DNA of 63,938 nt, counting the filler, from Octopus bimaculoides (taxonomy: Eukaryota), in assembly GCF_001194135.2 (NCBI RefSeq). It is 8 parts of 7 records of this genome, joined end to end, with 100 filler letters (N's around TTAATTAATTAA, not from the genome) between each part and the next. Parts side by side here need not be neighbours in the genome. Positions count along the whole stretch, not along the records: positions 50,908 to 57,944 come from NC_068995.1; positions 58,045 to 59,606 come from NC_068993.1; positions 59,707 to 63,938 come from NC_068995.1; 5 more parts are not named here. One strand, 5' to 3'. Below are positions 52,448 to 63,938 of the stretch, one piece after another. The notes under the pieces were generated by a model. The model was not told the origin of the DNA. It did no database searches and saw nothing but the letters and a program-made list of their open reading frames with translations. Every line of letters begins with the position of its first letter. Position 1 is the stretch's first letter. The position numbers and the translations under genes were made by a program.

Positions 52448-52590
52448 GTTTGCCTCCTTGCCACGACCAGAATAATCAGGAAAGTATTAGGTAGCTGAAA
52501 AGAACGAATAACATGCTACCGTAGGCTGCAGGTATTAAGCCCGTTACGTGTGCAAGACTCCAGGAGCTCCAACGAAACCTGTGATAACGA
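52448..52590 (+). mobile_element. R4-like extreme 3' end and UTR followed by an (AAT)n tail
   Basis: CLLATTRIIRKVLGS* then about 100 nt and AAT/GAT repeats. Confidence 0.7.
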
Positions 52591-52689
52591 GAAATTATAA
52601 TAATAGTAATGATAATAGTAATGATAATAATGATGATGATAATGATGATGATGATGATGATGATATTATTATCAATAATGATGATGATG

Positions 52690-52768
<79 letters not shown>

Positions 52769-52799
52769 TAATTGTAATAATAATCATAATAGTAATGAA

Positions 52800-53050
52800 A
52801 AAGACCAGGAAGTATCATTGAGATAGCTTAACAAGAGTGACCTAAAAATAAATAGTGAAAGCCTAATCATCGCTGCACAGGACCAGGCATTGAATACCAA
52901 CTCAGTGAAAAAGAATATATACCACACAGGTGCAACGGACCTCTGCAGAATGTGTGGGAAGAGGGTCGAAAGCGTGACTCACACTGTTAGTGCTTGTGAA
53001 AGTCTTGCGCAGAAAGAGTACAAACACAGACACGACAAGGTAACCCAAAA
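52800..53050 (+). mobile_element. R4-like CCHC-region fragment
   Basis: SESLIIAAQDQALNTN...[33 protein letters not shown]. Confidence 0.9.
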
Positions 53051-53051
53051 C

Positions 53052-53355
53052 ATTTCTGCTCATGTGGCAAGACTCCATTTTCTTCCTGATGTCCGTACAT
53101 TGACTGTGTGACTATCCCAGTCAATAATTTCCACATAAATGGCAAACAGGATATCGGCTTGTAAATTGTCTACCGTGTTGCTTCTTCAACGCTTTCCAAG
53201 CACAGCTCTGTCCCATCCATTTTCAGCCACTCTGGCGTTACTTGGTCATCTTTTAACAAGGTGTTAAGTTGTGTAGCTATTCGTACATGACAATCACCAA
53301 ATCTTTTGATCCAGTAGCCTTGAACTCCATCTGGTCCCAGGGACTTCCATATTAT
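53052..53355 (-). mobile_element. R4-like RT N-terminal fragment (inverted)
   Basis: WKSLGPDGVQGYWIKRF...PEWL...[15 protein letters not shown]...LPHEQK. Confidence 0.85.
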
Positions 53356-53410
53356 TAATAATAATAATTATCATTATGAATATCATCATCATCATCTTTA
53401 TTATTATTAC

Positions 53411-53454
<44 letters not shown>

Positions 53455-53537
53455 GGACCATCATTATTGTATTTTTACAATTATTACTCTAATCATAATG
53501 TTAATTACTATTACTACTATTACTATTGCTACCTCTA

Positions 53538-53583
<46 letters not shown>

Positions 53584-54310
53584 AATTGTCATTATAATTA
53601 TTTGCTCTAATCGTGCTATCATGTAATGTCTTGGATACATTTTTCTATTTACAGAAATGAAATTCAGCTCCGGTTCCACCATCCATGTCCTCATTCCATT
53701 AAAACCAATCCCTAATTACTTTTCACATAATTGTCTCTCACTTTCTCGTCTATTCTATAACACAACTTCTCTTCATCTCCATCTCTCTTTCTCCACCCTC
53801 TCCCTCTCTCAGATTCTATGTTGTACTGCATTTTCTTTACACGCTCTCTCTCTCTCTTTCTGTCTCTCTATTTATCTGTCTCTAATTTTCTATCACAAAG
53901 AATGAAATGAAGCAAAGACTATCAAAGATTACATTCTAAGAATCCATTTGGTTAGCACCAATTCTTGTAATTAAGGAATCTATTTTCGTTGCATTAAAAT
54001 TACATTATTATGTAATCGAATGCCGCAACAATTTAAATATGGAATCTATTAATTTTTATCTTGATACGCGTATTAATTTCACTGGTAACTTTTAAAACTA
54101 GTAAAAAATGCAAATACATATCTAAATTACAAGAAGCAAGATTCTAGGCCCGAGCTACTCGTTCGATCTCACAGTGCGGCCTCCTGCGCAAGTGATTTAT
54201 ATTATAGCCTAGAACTGACTGCAGCCGTGCTAGTGTGGAAGTCAGTAGAAATTGTGCAGAGGCATTTTGTATACATACATATATACATACATGCATGCAC
54301 ACCCTCCTCC

Positions 54311-54612
54311 TCTCACTCCGTTGGTTACGACAATGAGGGTCTCAGCTGATACGATCAACGGAACAGCTTGCACGTGAAATTAACGTGCAAGTGGCTGAGC
54401 ACTCCACAGACATGTGTACCATTAACATAGTTCTCGGGGAGATTCAGCATGGCAAAGAATATGACGAGACTGGTCCCTTTGAATTACAGATACTTCTCAT
54501 TTTTGCAGCTAAGTGGACTGGAACATGATGAAATAAAGTGTCTTGCTCAATGACACAACATGTCGCCGGGAATTGAACTCACGACCTTACAATCGTGAGT
54601 CGAATGCTCTAA
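54311..54612 (-). mobile_element. SINE family C variant
   Basis: Same 3' tail as 34628-35010, different body (gtcttgctcaatgacacaac, CORE/V-like), head gggaattgaactcacgacc. Confidence 0.85.
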
Positions 54613-54682
54613 CATGCACGCATTATTATAACATGCACATTGGTTCAAAATTACTTCTTTATTGTTAGTCAATTTGCAAAAA

Positions 54683-54828
54683 TTATTTAGATTATTTACA
54701 TTTGATGGATATTTCTCCTCATCTTGTTTGTTGTTAACAAAACGTTTCGGTTGATATCTCCACCAGCCTTCATCAGGTGTCTTGAAGAAATTTCAAACCT
54801 GGGTTCTTATTCCTAAGGTATTTTTCGA

Positions 54829-54896
<68 letters not shown>

Positions 54897-55010
54897 TCTC
54901 TGCCTGGAATCGAACTCGGAATCGTCGGGTTGGTGACGTAGTGGTTAAGAGCGCAGGCTACTAACCCCAAGATTCCCAGTTCGATTCCAGGCAGTGACCT
55001 GAATAATAAT
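54683..55010. mobile_element. tRNA-headed SINE-like element with an HHR-containing tail, in head-to-head inverted arrangement
   Basis: Minus: truncated head (54890-54926), (AAT)n, HHR, tail. Plus: complete tRNA-like head 54931-55001 (gtgacgtagtggttaag...gttcgattccaggc) then aataataat. Confidence 0.8.
54736..54782 (-). ncRNA. Minimal type I hammerhead ribozyme
   Basis: agacac-CUGAUGA-a-ggcug guggagauau caacc-GAAA-CG-UU-uuguu; palindromic AACGUU replaces helix III; one mismatch each in stems I and II. Confidence 0.75.
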
Positions 55011-55011
55011 A

Positions 55012-55105
55012 CACAGTGGGACTAAACCCAAAACGATATGGTTGGGAAGCAATCTTCCTATGACAGAGCAACGCCTGCGCCTATACTTAAATTGTATAGG
55101 CGCAG
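55012..55105 (-). mobile_element. SINE family A head with a terminal 12-bp perfect hairpin
   Basis: tgggactaaaccc...gggaagcaatcttcc...acgcctgcgcctata; CTGCGCCTATAC-ttaaatt-GTATAGGCGCAG at 55075-55105. Confidence 0.75.
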
Positions 55106-57121
55106 TCGATCTTTGTCGTCTAACTTTTACCGTTTCTTTGTGCATTTGGGATGTTTTACAATAAACGATGTTAGACGAACTTTAATTCTTTGCGAAATAT
55201 CATTGAATAACTTTTTAGAAATCTCACACTCTGTATGTGTTTATGTGTGAGTGTGTCCGCATGTGTGTGGCCAATTACTTCTCTTTAATTATATTTCATT
55301 ATAATTAAATTGAATTCATTCGATTTATATACTGACAAGTTCCGATAAAATCACACTTTAAAAAATTCTTGTCTTTTTCGAGTGATATATACATATACAT
55401 ACATACGTATACATATCTATGTGTGTATGAGTGGGTGTATGTATGTTTGTATATATATATATATATATATATGTACGTAATTGCGATCCATGGGACGAGC
55501 CGTTTTAGCGATGCGTCCTGCCCAAGCTCGTCGAAACGCCGGTGTTAAAACGTGGGTGGCTGATGAAGGAGATGTTCTCTATGTGGCTCGTGTGTTCTCG
55601 TCTACGTTTGTTTGTAATGTCCTGTACCCAGATATGCACCTATACATACAGGTGGATGTCGGTATGCACATACCTGTACGTATATATGCATATACTCATT
55701 TACTATTTGTTTTTATATGTATATATATATATATANNNNNNNNNNNNNNNNNNNNNNNNNNNNNNNNNNNNNNNNNNNNNNNNNNNNNNNNNNNNNNNNN
55801 NNNNNNNNNNNNNNNNNNNNNNNNNNNNNNNNNNNNNNNNNNNNNNNNNNNNNNNNNNNNNNNNNNNNNNNNNNNNNNNNNNNNNNNNNNNNNNNNNNNN
55901 NNNNNNNNNNNNNNNNNNNNNNNNNNNNNNNNNNNNNNNNNNNNNNNNNNNNNNNNNNNNNNNNNNNNNNNNNNNNNNNNNNNNNNNNNNNNNNNNNNNN
56001 NNNNNNNNNNNNNNNNNNNNNNNNNNNNNNNNNNNNNNNNNNNNNNNNNNNNNNNNNNNNNNNNNNNNNNNNNNNNNNNNNNNNNNNNNNNNNNNNNNNN
56101 NNNNNNNNNNNNNNNNNNNNNNNNNNNNNNNNNNNNNNNNNNNNNNNNNNNNNNNNNNNNNNNNNNNNNNNNNNNNNNNNNNNNNNNNNNNNNNNNNNNN
56201 NNNNNNNNNNNNNNNNNNNNNNNNNNNNNNNNNNNNNNNNNNNNNNNNNNNNNNNNNNNNNNNNNNNNNNNNNNNNNNNNNNNNNNNNNNNNNNNNNNNN
56301 NNNNNNNNNNNNNNNNNNNNNNNNNNNNNNNNNNNNNNNNNNNNNNNNNNNNNNNNNNNNNNNNNNNNNNNNNNNNNNNNNNNNNNNNNNNNNNNNNNNN
56401 NNNNNNNNNNNNNNNNNNNNNNNNNNNNNNNNNNNNNNNNNNNNNNNNNNNNNNNNNNNNNNNNNNNNNNNNNNNNNNNNNNNNNNNNNNNNNNNNNNNN
56501 NNNNNNNNNNNNNNNNNNNNNNNNNNNNNNNNNNNNNNNNNNNNNNNNNNNNNNNNNNNNNNNNNNNNNNNNNNNNNNNNNNNCACACAACACACACACA
56601 CACACACAACACACACACACACACACAACACACCAAATAAAAACATTTTAAGTGTCAAAACCTGCAACAACTCATACGTGAGGACAGTAAATTTATATAA
56701 ACAAACAAAATTATAATTCAATAAATTATATAATCATATTTTAAATTCTGATTCCGAAATATCATTAGTTATAAAATCCCTTTAGTTGAAACGTAGTTGA
56801 TTGATAATTAAATAAAATGCTAATTACAATTAGTGTTGATTTATTAGTTTTGCTATTTTATTTTTCTAAGTGCGCTATTCACGGTTCTTCTGTTAAATTT
56901 GCGTACTTAAAAGGCTATTATTATTAATACCAGTACCATCGTCGTCGTCGTCGTCATCATCAGCAGCAGCATCAACATCATCATCATCATCATCAATACC
57001 ATCTTCGATGTCATCATCACCAACATTGTCATCGTCGTCGTCGTGGTCGTCGTCGTCTTCCTCCTCATCATTGTCATAAGCTTCATCAGAAGTAGCCTCA
57101 TGTCTATTGCTTTTACATTCA

Positions 57122-57262
57122 GTGTTCAAATGGCACCGAGTTTGATTTTGTCTTGTATTTTTTTCGCGGTTGATGAAATAAGTACCAGTTGAATATTCGG
57201 GTCACTGTACTCGCCTTCACCCTCACCCACAATTTTAGACCTTGTGCCTGTTGCAGAAAGTT
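57122..57262 (+). mobile_element. SINE family B, 3' part, degenerate
   Basis: gttcaaatggcaccgag...ggttgatgaaataagtaccagttg...gaccttgtgcct. Confidence 0.7.
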
Positions 57263-57281
57263 ATGGTTCTGCTCGAATATA

Positions 57282-57753
57282 TAAAGTGGGCCAAAAGTCG
57301 CGCACAAAATAAGTTCAATACGCTTCGATATTTTCAAAGAGATCCTTCATTTTTTTTTCTAAAATTGAATAAAATAAAATAATAATTAACCCAGACATTC
57401 TTGAACATGAATAATAATAATAATAATCCTTTCTACAAAAGGCCTGAAAATTTGGGGGAGGAGATTAGTCGATTTCATCGACCCCAGTGTTTCACTGGTG
57501 ATTAATTTATTGACCCCGAAAGGATTAAATGCAAAGTGTCGACCCCGACGAAATTTGAACTCAGGCCGTAATGACGGACGGTATACTTCTAAGCATTCTT
57601 CCCGGCGTGCTAACGATTCTGCCAGCACCCACAGCCTTAAAATGAATGATGATGATAATAATAATGATAATAATGATAATAATAATAATAATAATTTTAA
57701 CCTAACATGAAAAAAAGTCAAGTGTTTTGGTGCGTGACTTTTGGCGCTCCTTG
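57282..57753. mobile_element. Tc1/mariner-type MITE with a nested SINE
   Basis: TIRs taaagtgggccaaaagtcgcgcacaaaa / ttttggtgcgtgacttttggcgctccttg, flanked by TA. Confidence 0.75.
57428..57640 (-). mobile_element. SINE family B, full length, inside the MITE
   Basis: Reverse complement of the 38823 type; flanked by AACATGAA at 57404-57411 and 57704-57711 (possible TSD including the microsatellite flanks). Confidence 0.85.
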
Positions 57754-58169
57754 TATTGCAATAGTTTGTCTGGAGTGTGTGACTGAAGAACGAAATTGTG
57801 ACAGTTGCACCTATTAAATAACAAGTATATTGACGAATGGACTTGGTGTATGTATTTCAATTGGATTAAGATTTCTTCAGGGAGCTCACAAAATATGCAA
57901 ATTGCGATCTTAATCTTCACATAAAACTGTCAGATCCATTCCTCNNNNNNNNNNNNNNNNNNNNNNNNNNNNNNNNNNNNNNNNNNNNTTAATTAATTAA
58001 NNNNNNNNNNNNNNNNNNNNNNNNNNNNNNNNNNNNNNNNNNNNTATATATATATATATATATATATATTTCTTTATTTTTGTGGCCTTCACAGTTTTTT
58101 GTTAGAGTTCTAATTAACTACCATCTGGCCACGGACTGGCTTTAGAGTAATTTGTTCTGCTACTTTCAG

Positions 58170-58286
58170 TCAGACTATATCTTCAATCAGACAATAGCCT
58201 TTCTCGTGAACGAAGCCACAAAGACAGTCACGTATTACACGTATTACACTGGTGATAGATATCAGGTTTTAGAAACGGCTTACAGT
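58170..58286 (+). other. Candidate coding exon (unverified)
   Basis: tttgttctgctactttcAG acceptor; phase-0 frame SDYIFNQTIAFLVNEATKTVTYYTYYTGDRYQVLETAYS; possible donors after 58265 or 58286, both phase 0. Confidence 0.35.
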
Positions 58287-58553
58287 GTGTGTAATATTGT
58301 CTTCGTTTCTTTACTGATGAAATCTGAAAGAGATTATTAAAGACAAATGAATGGACTCTCTCAGATACTTAGTAAGTGTAGAATATTGAATATTATGCCA
58401 CGGTGTCTGACCGACATATTGCATTTACACATAGTTGAAGCTTTACGTATCTAGGTGAACTACTTATAGCTAAGTGGAGTTTTATATTATTTAAGTGGAC
58501 TATATATATAGCTAGGTAGTAGTACAAACATACACACACACACACACTCTCTC

Positions 58554-58651
<98 letters not shown>

Positions 58652-59079
58652 ACAGAGATGACCTGAAAGTCGTCTGACATCTCACTTTTTTATCCATGAA
58701 AACAACGCAGTGCCGATTACAGGCCGTGAACCAAAGAAGTTGGTTTTAACAATTATTTTATTGCCAGTAATATATTGGGGTGATTCTTTGACTCTACAGG
58801 TTCCTCAAGAGAATTGCTCATTGATCCATGACAGCAAAACCCCAAAACAATAAAGTATTTTCAAGGCAGACTTATCTCCCCTTTCCTTAATATCTATCAT
58901 TATATTGACGCTTAGCCACAGAACGAAAAAAAAAAAAGAAAAGCAAGTTGTTTTTTATGTATATAGGTACTGCGTCATCTTTCTTGTTTATGTATTTGTT
59001 CATGGTGTTCTTATTTTCATATAGAAATTACATTCTTTGACGCTAGCTTTGTGTGTGACCTTTTCTCTTTTACTCTTAG

Positions 59080-59141
59080 GACACGGCTGATAACCTCTCC
59101 GCCTCTCTCTATTTCCCTTTCTCAAGGGAGACTATTACAAG
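59080..59141 (+). other. Candidate coding exon (unverified)
   Basis: ttttctcttttactcttAG|gac...acaag|GTATGG; phase-0 frame DTADNLSASLYFPFSRETIT, in phase with the 58170 candidate. Confidence 0.35.
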
Positions 59142-59706
59142 GTATGGGTCAGGAAAAAACATGAAAAGCAAAAAACAACACTCAAACGACGACCATCACC
59201 ACCACCACCATCACCACCACCACCACCACCATCACACGTACATTAACACACAAAAAAATATTCACCACTCTATTCATTGTGGTCTTCTAGCATCCACAGA
59301 AAAAAAACACCAAACTAATTAACAAATAAGTAATGCATACATACATACACACACATACATATATAGACATATATTTATTCACATATATATGTATATATAA
59401 TGCAATGTTTATCACATTCGCCTTCCTTCCCCTTTCATCTGTTTCGTTCTGTTTCGTCGACAAGAATATGTTGTAATAACTTGTGAAGATGTATATTAAA
59501 CAACATGGTGGTAACAAAACTAAAAGCAAAGCAACAACAAAAACAAATACTGCTGGTTATATGCATATACATACATAGATCATATGCATGCATATATATA
59601 TATATANNNNNNNNNNNNNNNNNNNNNNNNNNNNNNNNNNNNNNNNNNNNTTAATTAATTAANNNNNNNNNNNNNNNNNNNNNNNNNNNNNNNNNNNNNN
59701 NNNNNN

Positions 59707-59755
<49 letters not shown>

Positions 59756-59973
59756 ATATATGTATATGTGTAAAAGTATGCACACACACATACTTGTTAA
59801 TATTAATGCTGCCTAATTAAATTAGCTAATTCGTTGGTCGAAAATAGTTCTGCATGTAAATTAGGGGCTTATTGAGTTTGTGTGCATATTGTTTTCTTAT
59901 TTTACTTTGCATTTTTTGATCATATATACGTGTGTATGTGTTTTGTTGAGGGTATATATGTTTCATTGGGTGT

Positions 59974-60002
59974 GTGTTTGCGTATGTTTTCTTAGATCGT
60001 TA

Positions 60003-60039
<37 letters not shown>

Positions 60040-60098
60040 GTATGTTTTCTTAGATCGTTTTCTGTGTGTGTGTGTTTGCGTATGTTTTCTTAGATCGT

Positions 60099-60131
<33 letters not shown>

Positions 60132-60400
60132 CTTCTGATGGTATGTGTGTGTGTGTGTGTGTGCATCTGTTTGGGTTGGTTGCTGTGTAATTTTTTTCTT
60201 CAATCCGTGTATCTGTATCAAGATTGGTTTGTGTGGAAGTATGTGTGTCTGTTCAGTTGAATGTGTATGTGTGTGTGTGTGTGTGCACGTCTGTTCAGTT
60301 GGGAGTGTGTGCATGTGTATGTTCAGTTATATGTGTGTGTGTGTGCATGTTCAGTTATATGTGTGTGTGTGTGCATGTGTCTGTTCAGTTGGGAGTGTGT
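59974..60400. repeat. Minisatellites built on (TG)n
   Basis: gtgtttgcgtatgttttcttagatcgtt three times (59974-60103); tgttcagtt...gtgtgtgtgc units at 60250-60400. Confidence 0.85.
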
Positions 60401-60675
60401 ATGTGTGTGTTGCTATAGATATTAGCCAACCTGTCAACCCAAAAGTGATTATGTACCATTACTTCAGCTATTTTCACCCCCACCCCATCACACACTCCTA
60501 CCCCACCCTACATTCCTTTTTTTTCCCCTCCATAATTCTTCACTGCCACCTAATACTCTCTCTCTCTCTCCCTCTCTTTGCTATACTCTTTCTCTCTCTC
60601 TCTACCAAGCCCACACACCCTTTCCCTCTCCACAACACACTCTCTCTCTCTCAATCACACACACATACACACACA

Positions 60676-60720
<45 letters not shown>

Positions 60721-60859
60721 TTACTTCTCTCCTGATATTCTCTCTCAGATCTCTCCATCATTCCATTTCCATTCTCTCCATTCCTCTGTCTTGTGTTCTT
60801 CGGATCTTCTCAATCCTCTCCTTCTCTCTCTCATGGACTCCACAGAGTGGACTCCATGC

Positions 60860-60995
60860 TTTTCACGTGGCACTAGCACAGGTGAGGTCAGTTTCAGCAT
60901 GGTTTTTACAACTGGATGCCCTTCCAAACGCCAACCACATTACAGTGTGGACTGGATGCTTTTAACATGGCACCAGCACCAGCAGGGTGACCAAG
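60860..60995 (-). mobile_element. RTE 3' UTR fragment
   Basis: ctggatgcccttccaaacgccaacc as at 30851-30876. Confidence 0.7.
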
Positions 60996-61159
60996 TAACT
61001 CGTCAGACTAGGAATTATGAGAGGGGAAGGGACATTTGAGGAGGGGAACTTGTGTCAGAGGAGGAAAGGTTAGAGTGTGACAGAGAGAGACAGAAGCAGG
61101 TGTCTTTCCACAACAGAGGGGGGGGGGGCATAAGAGGAGGTGATCCAGTATCAAATGAT

Positions 61160-61410
61160 GAATGGTTAGAGTCTGTGTATGTGTGTCTATGTTTGCCTTC
61201 TACCACTATTTGACAACCGGTGTTTGTGTGTTTATGTCCCTGTAACTTGGCAATTCAGCAGAGAACAACAGAGTGAGTACCAGGCTTAAAAAAAAAATGA
61301 AAAAAAAAAAGACAAAAAAACAGTGCTAGGGTTGATTCATTCAACTAAAATTCTTCGAGTCGGTGCCCCAGCATGGCCACAGTCTGATGGCTGAAACAAG
61401 TAAAAGAATT
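61160..61410 (+). mobile_element. SINE family A, 3' half
   Basis: ttgacaaccggtg...atgtccctgtaactt...cggtgccccagcatggccacagtc...aaacaagtaaaaga. Confidence 0.8.
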
Positions 61411-61844
61411 AAAAAATACATCAGGAAATATACCAATTCCTTTAGATAATCTTTTCTATAAGATTTAGTTCCATCCTTTTTCCTTGTGATGGTGTTTGAT
61501 CTAAGGAAATACGAGGAACTCATTTTTTGACTAACATTTCAGAAATCTCAGAATAAGGAATTAACAACAATAACAAACAACAATCATAATAATGATAATA
61601 ATAATAAAAATAATACACTCTAGTATTTAAAAAATTTTGGTTGACTTATTATTCCACCCATTGAAGAATGTTCTAGTTGGGTGGTTCCGTTTAATAAAAA
61701 TTTTGGTTAATATTGATGATGGGATGGAATGGAAGTGTCATTGAAAATAAAAAAAGCTTTTTGATCTTCTTTCAGTGTACTAGAAATAACAGCTAAGTCT
61801 CCCTCGAATTATATTGTATTGGTTTTGGTAAGAAAAATGGAGGT

Positions 61845-62812
<968 letters not shown>

Positions 62813-63705
62813 AAAGCCTTTGATCATGGGTATGTTGGGGATATATTAAGTTGACTCGGGGTTAAACAACATCAATCCCATGTTCGTACAGAGAAACTGT
62901 GACCCTTTAATTTTCCTCTAAACACACTTTTAATGTCTTCAACAAAAAAAAGGGGGGGGTGAAAAAAATCACATGACATTAAACCCCTGCACTGCATTAA
63001 ACCCCTATACCCCACATCCCCTATACATACACACTGCATCAAGTACCACTGCACTGAGAAGCACTGCACCAACTTTCTCGCAATCTACACTGCACCAAGA
63101 GCGTTAATCAAATGACAATAGACTGCAACCAAGCATGGAATTCTAATTATTGTCATTATCATTATATTATCGTTGTTGTATATTATGTATGCCTCTGTTC
63201 TTTCTTTTATTGTATACCATGTACACTTTCCTTCTCTCTAAAGAGAGAGAGAGAGAGAAAGAGAGACAGTGAAAGAGGGATTTTATTTCGTTACACGTAC
63301 CCCCCCCCACGCTTTTTCTCTGCCTTTGTATTGTCCCCCCCCACTTCATCCTTTGCCCTGGTGGCAAATAAAAGAAATCATTAACATTGTTCTTATTATT
63401 GTTACTGTTACTATGATGATGATTGTTGCCATCATCGTCATCATCATCAAGAGGATGTGGAAGGAAGAGGAGAAAGTAATGGAAGGAAGTGGGGAGGAAA
63501 GAACAGAAATAGTATGGGTGGGTGTGGTGACGGAATAAAATAACAAGGATTGACGCAGTGGGGTTGGTGGTGGTGGTGGTGAGTTTGGTGTTAACGAACT
63601 TGGGTTGTGGTATGATGGTATGATGGTATATTGACATTGTGACATCAGTACAGTTGTGGTAGCATCACCGTTATCCAAACTGGCGTCATTGTCACTGTTT
63701 GTTAC

Positions 63706-63856
63706 CATCATGGCTGTGTGGTAAGAAGCTTGCATCCCAACCAAATGGTTTCAGGTTCAGTCCTACCATATGGCACCTTCATTTTCTACTATAGCGCTGG
63801 GGCCAACCAAAACCTTGTGAGTGGATTTAGTAGACAAAGTCTGAAAAACTGTTTTG

Positions 63857-63857
<1 letters not shown>
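63706..63857 (+). mobile_element. SINE family A, 5' half
   Basis: catggctgtgtggtaagaagcttgc...ggttcagtcc...ccttgtgagtggattt, then (TA)n to the window end. Confidence 0.85.
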
Positions 63858-63891
<34 letters not shown>

Positions 63892-63893
63892 AT

Positions 63894-63938
<45 letters not shown>

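Noticed and set aside
54931-55001. Functional tRNA gene
   Set aside because: Has A/B boxes and an anticodon-like loop, but no convincing acceptor stem, and it is embedded in a repeat palindrome; treated as a SINE head.
13209-59662. TTAATTAATTAA recurring seven times (13209, 22932, 30175, 38643, 50852, 57989, 59651)
   Set aside because: Always centred in N runs of about 44+44; an assembly or scaffolding spacer, not a biological motif or CRISPR repeat.

Overview
AT-rich, gap-rich eukaryotic DNA that is essentially intergenic or intronic and dominated by microsatellites and transposon debris. The repeat inventory and the N-gap spacers suggest an octopus assembly (inference). No complete host gene, rRNA, bona fide tRNA or CRISPR array is supported, and only a few low-confidence exon candidates were found. 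Recognisable elements: three tRNA-headed SINE families; RTE, R4/Dong-like (RLE), Tx1/L1-like and CR1-like LINE fragments; two Penelope-like elements (PLEs; RT and/or GIY-YIG); several mariner/Tc1 relics; and two MITEs. The main hidden signal is about 9 type-I hammerhead ribozyme (HHR) motifs of about 8 unrelated sequence types, found by eye on both strands. Several sit in head-to-head palindromes. They include a U3-A8 covariant core, an HHR fused behind a tRNA-like SINE head, and an HHR ending a hairpin-rich 300-nt unit. Also notable: an open triple-C2H2 zinc-finger ORF directly behind an RTE tail, and a Tx1-like arrangement in which a gag-like CCHC ORF lies downstream of the RT ORF and ends in poly(A). 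All structure calls were made manually and need computational or experimental confirmation.
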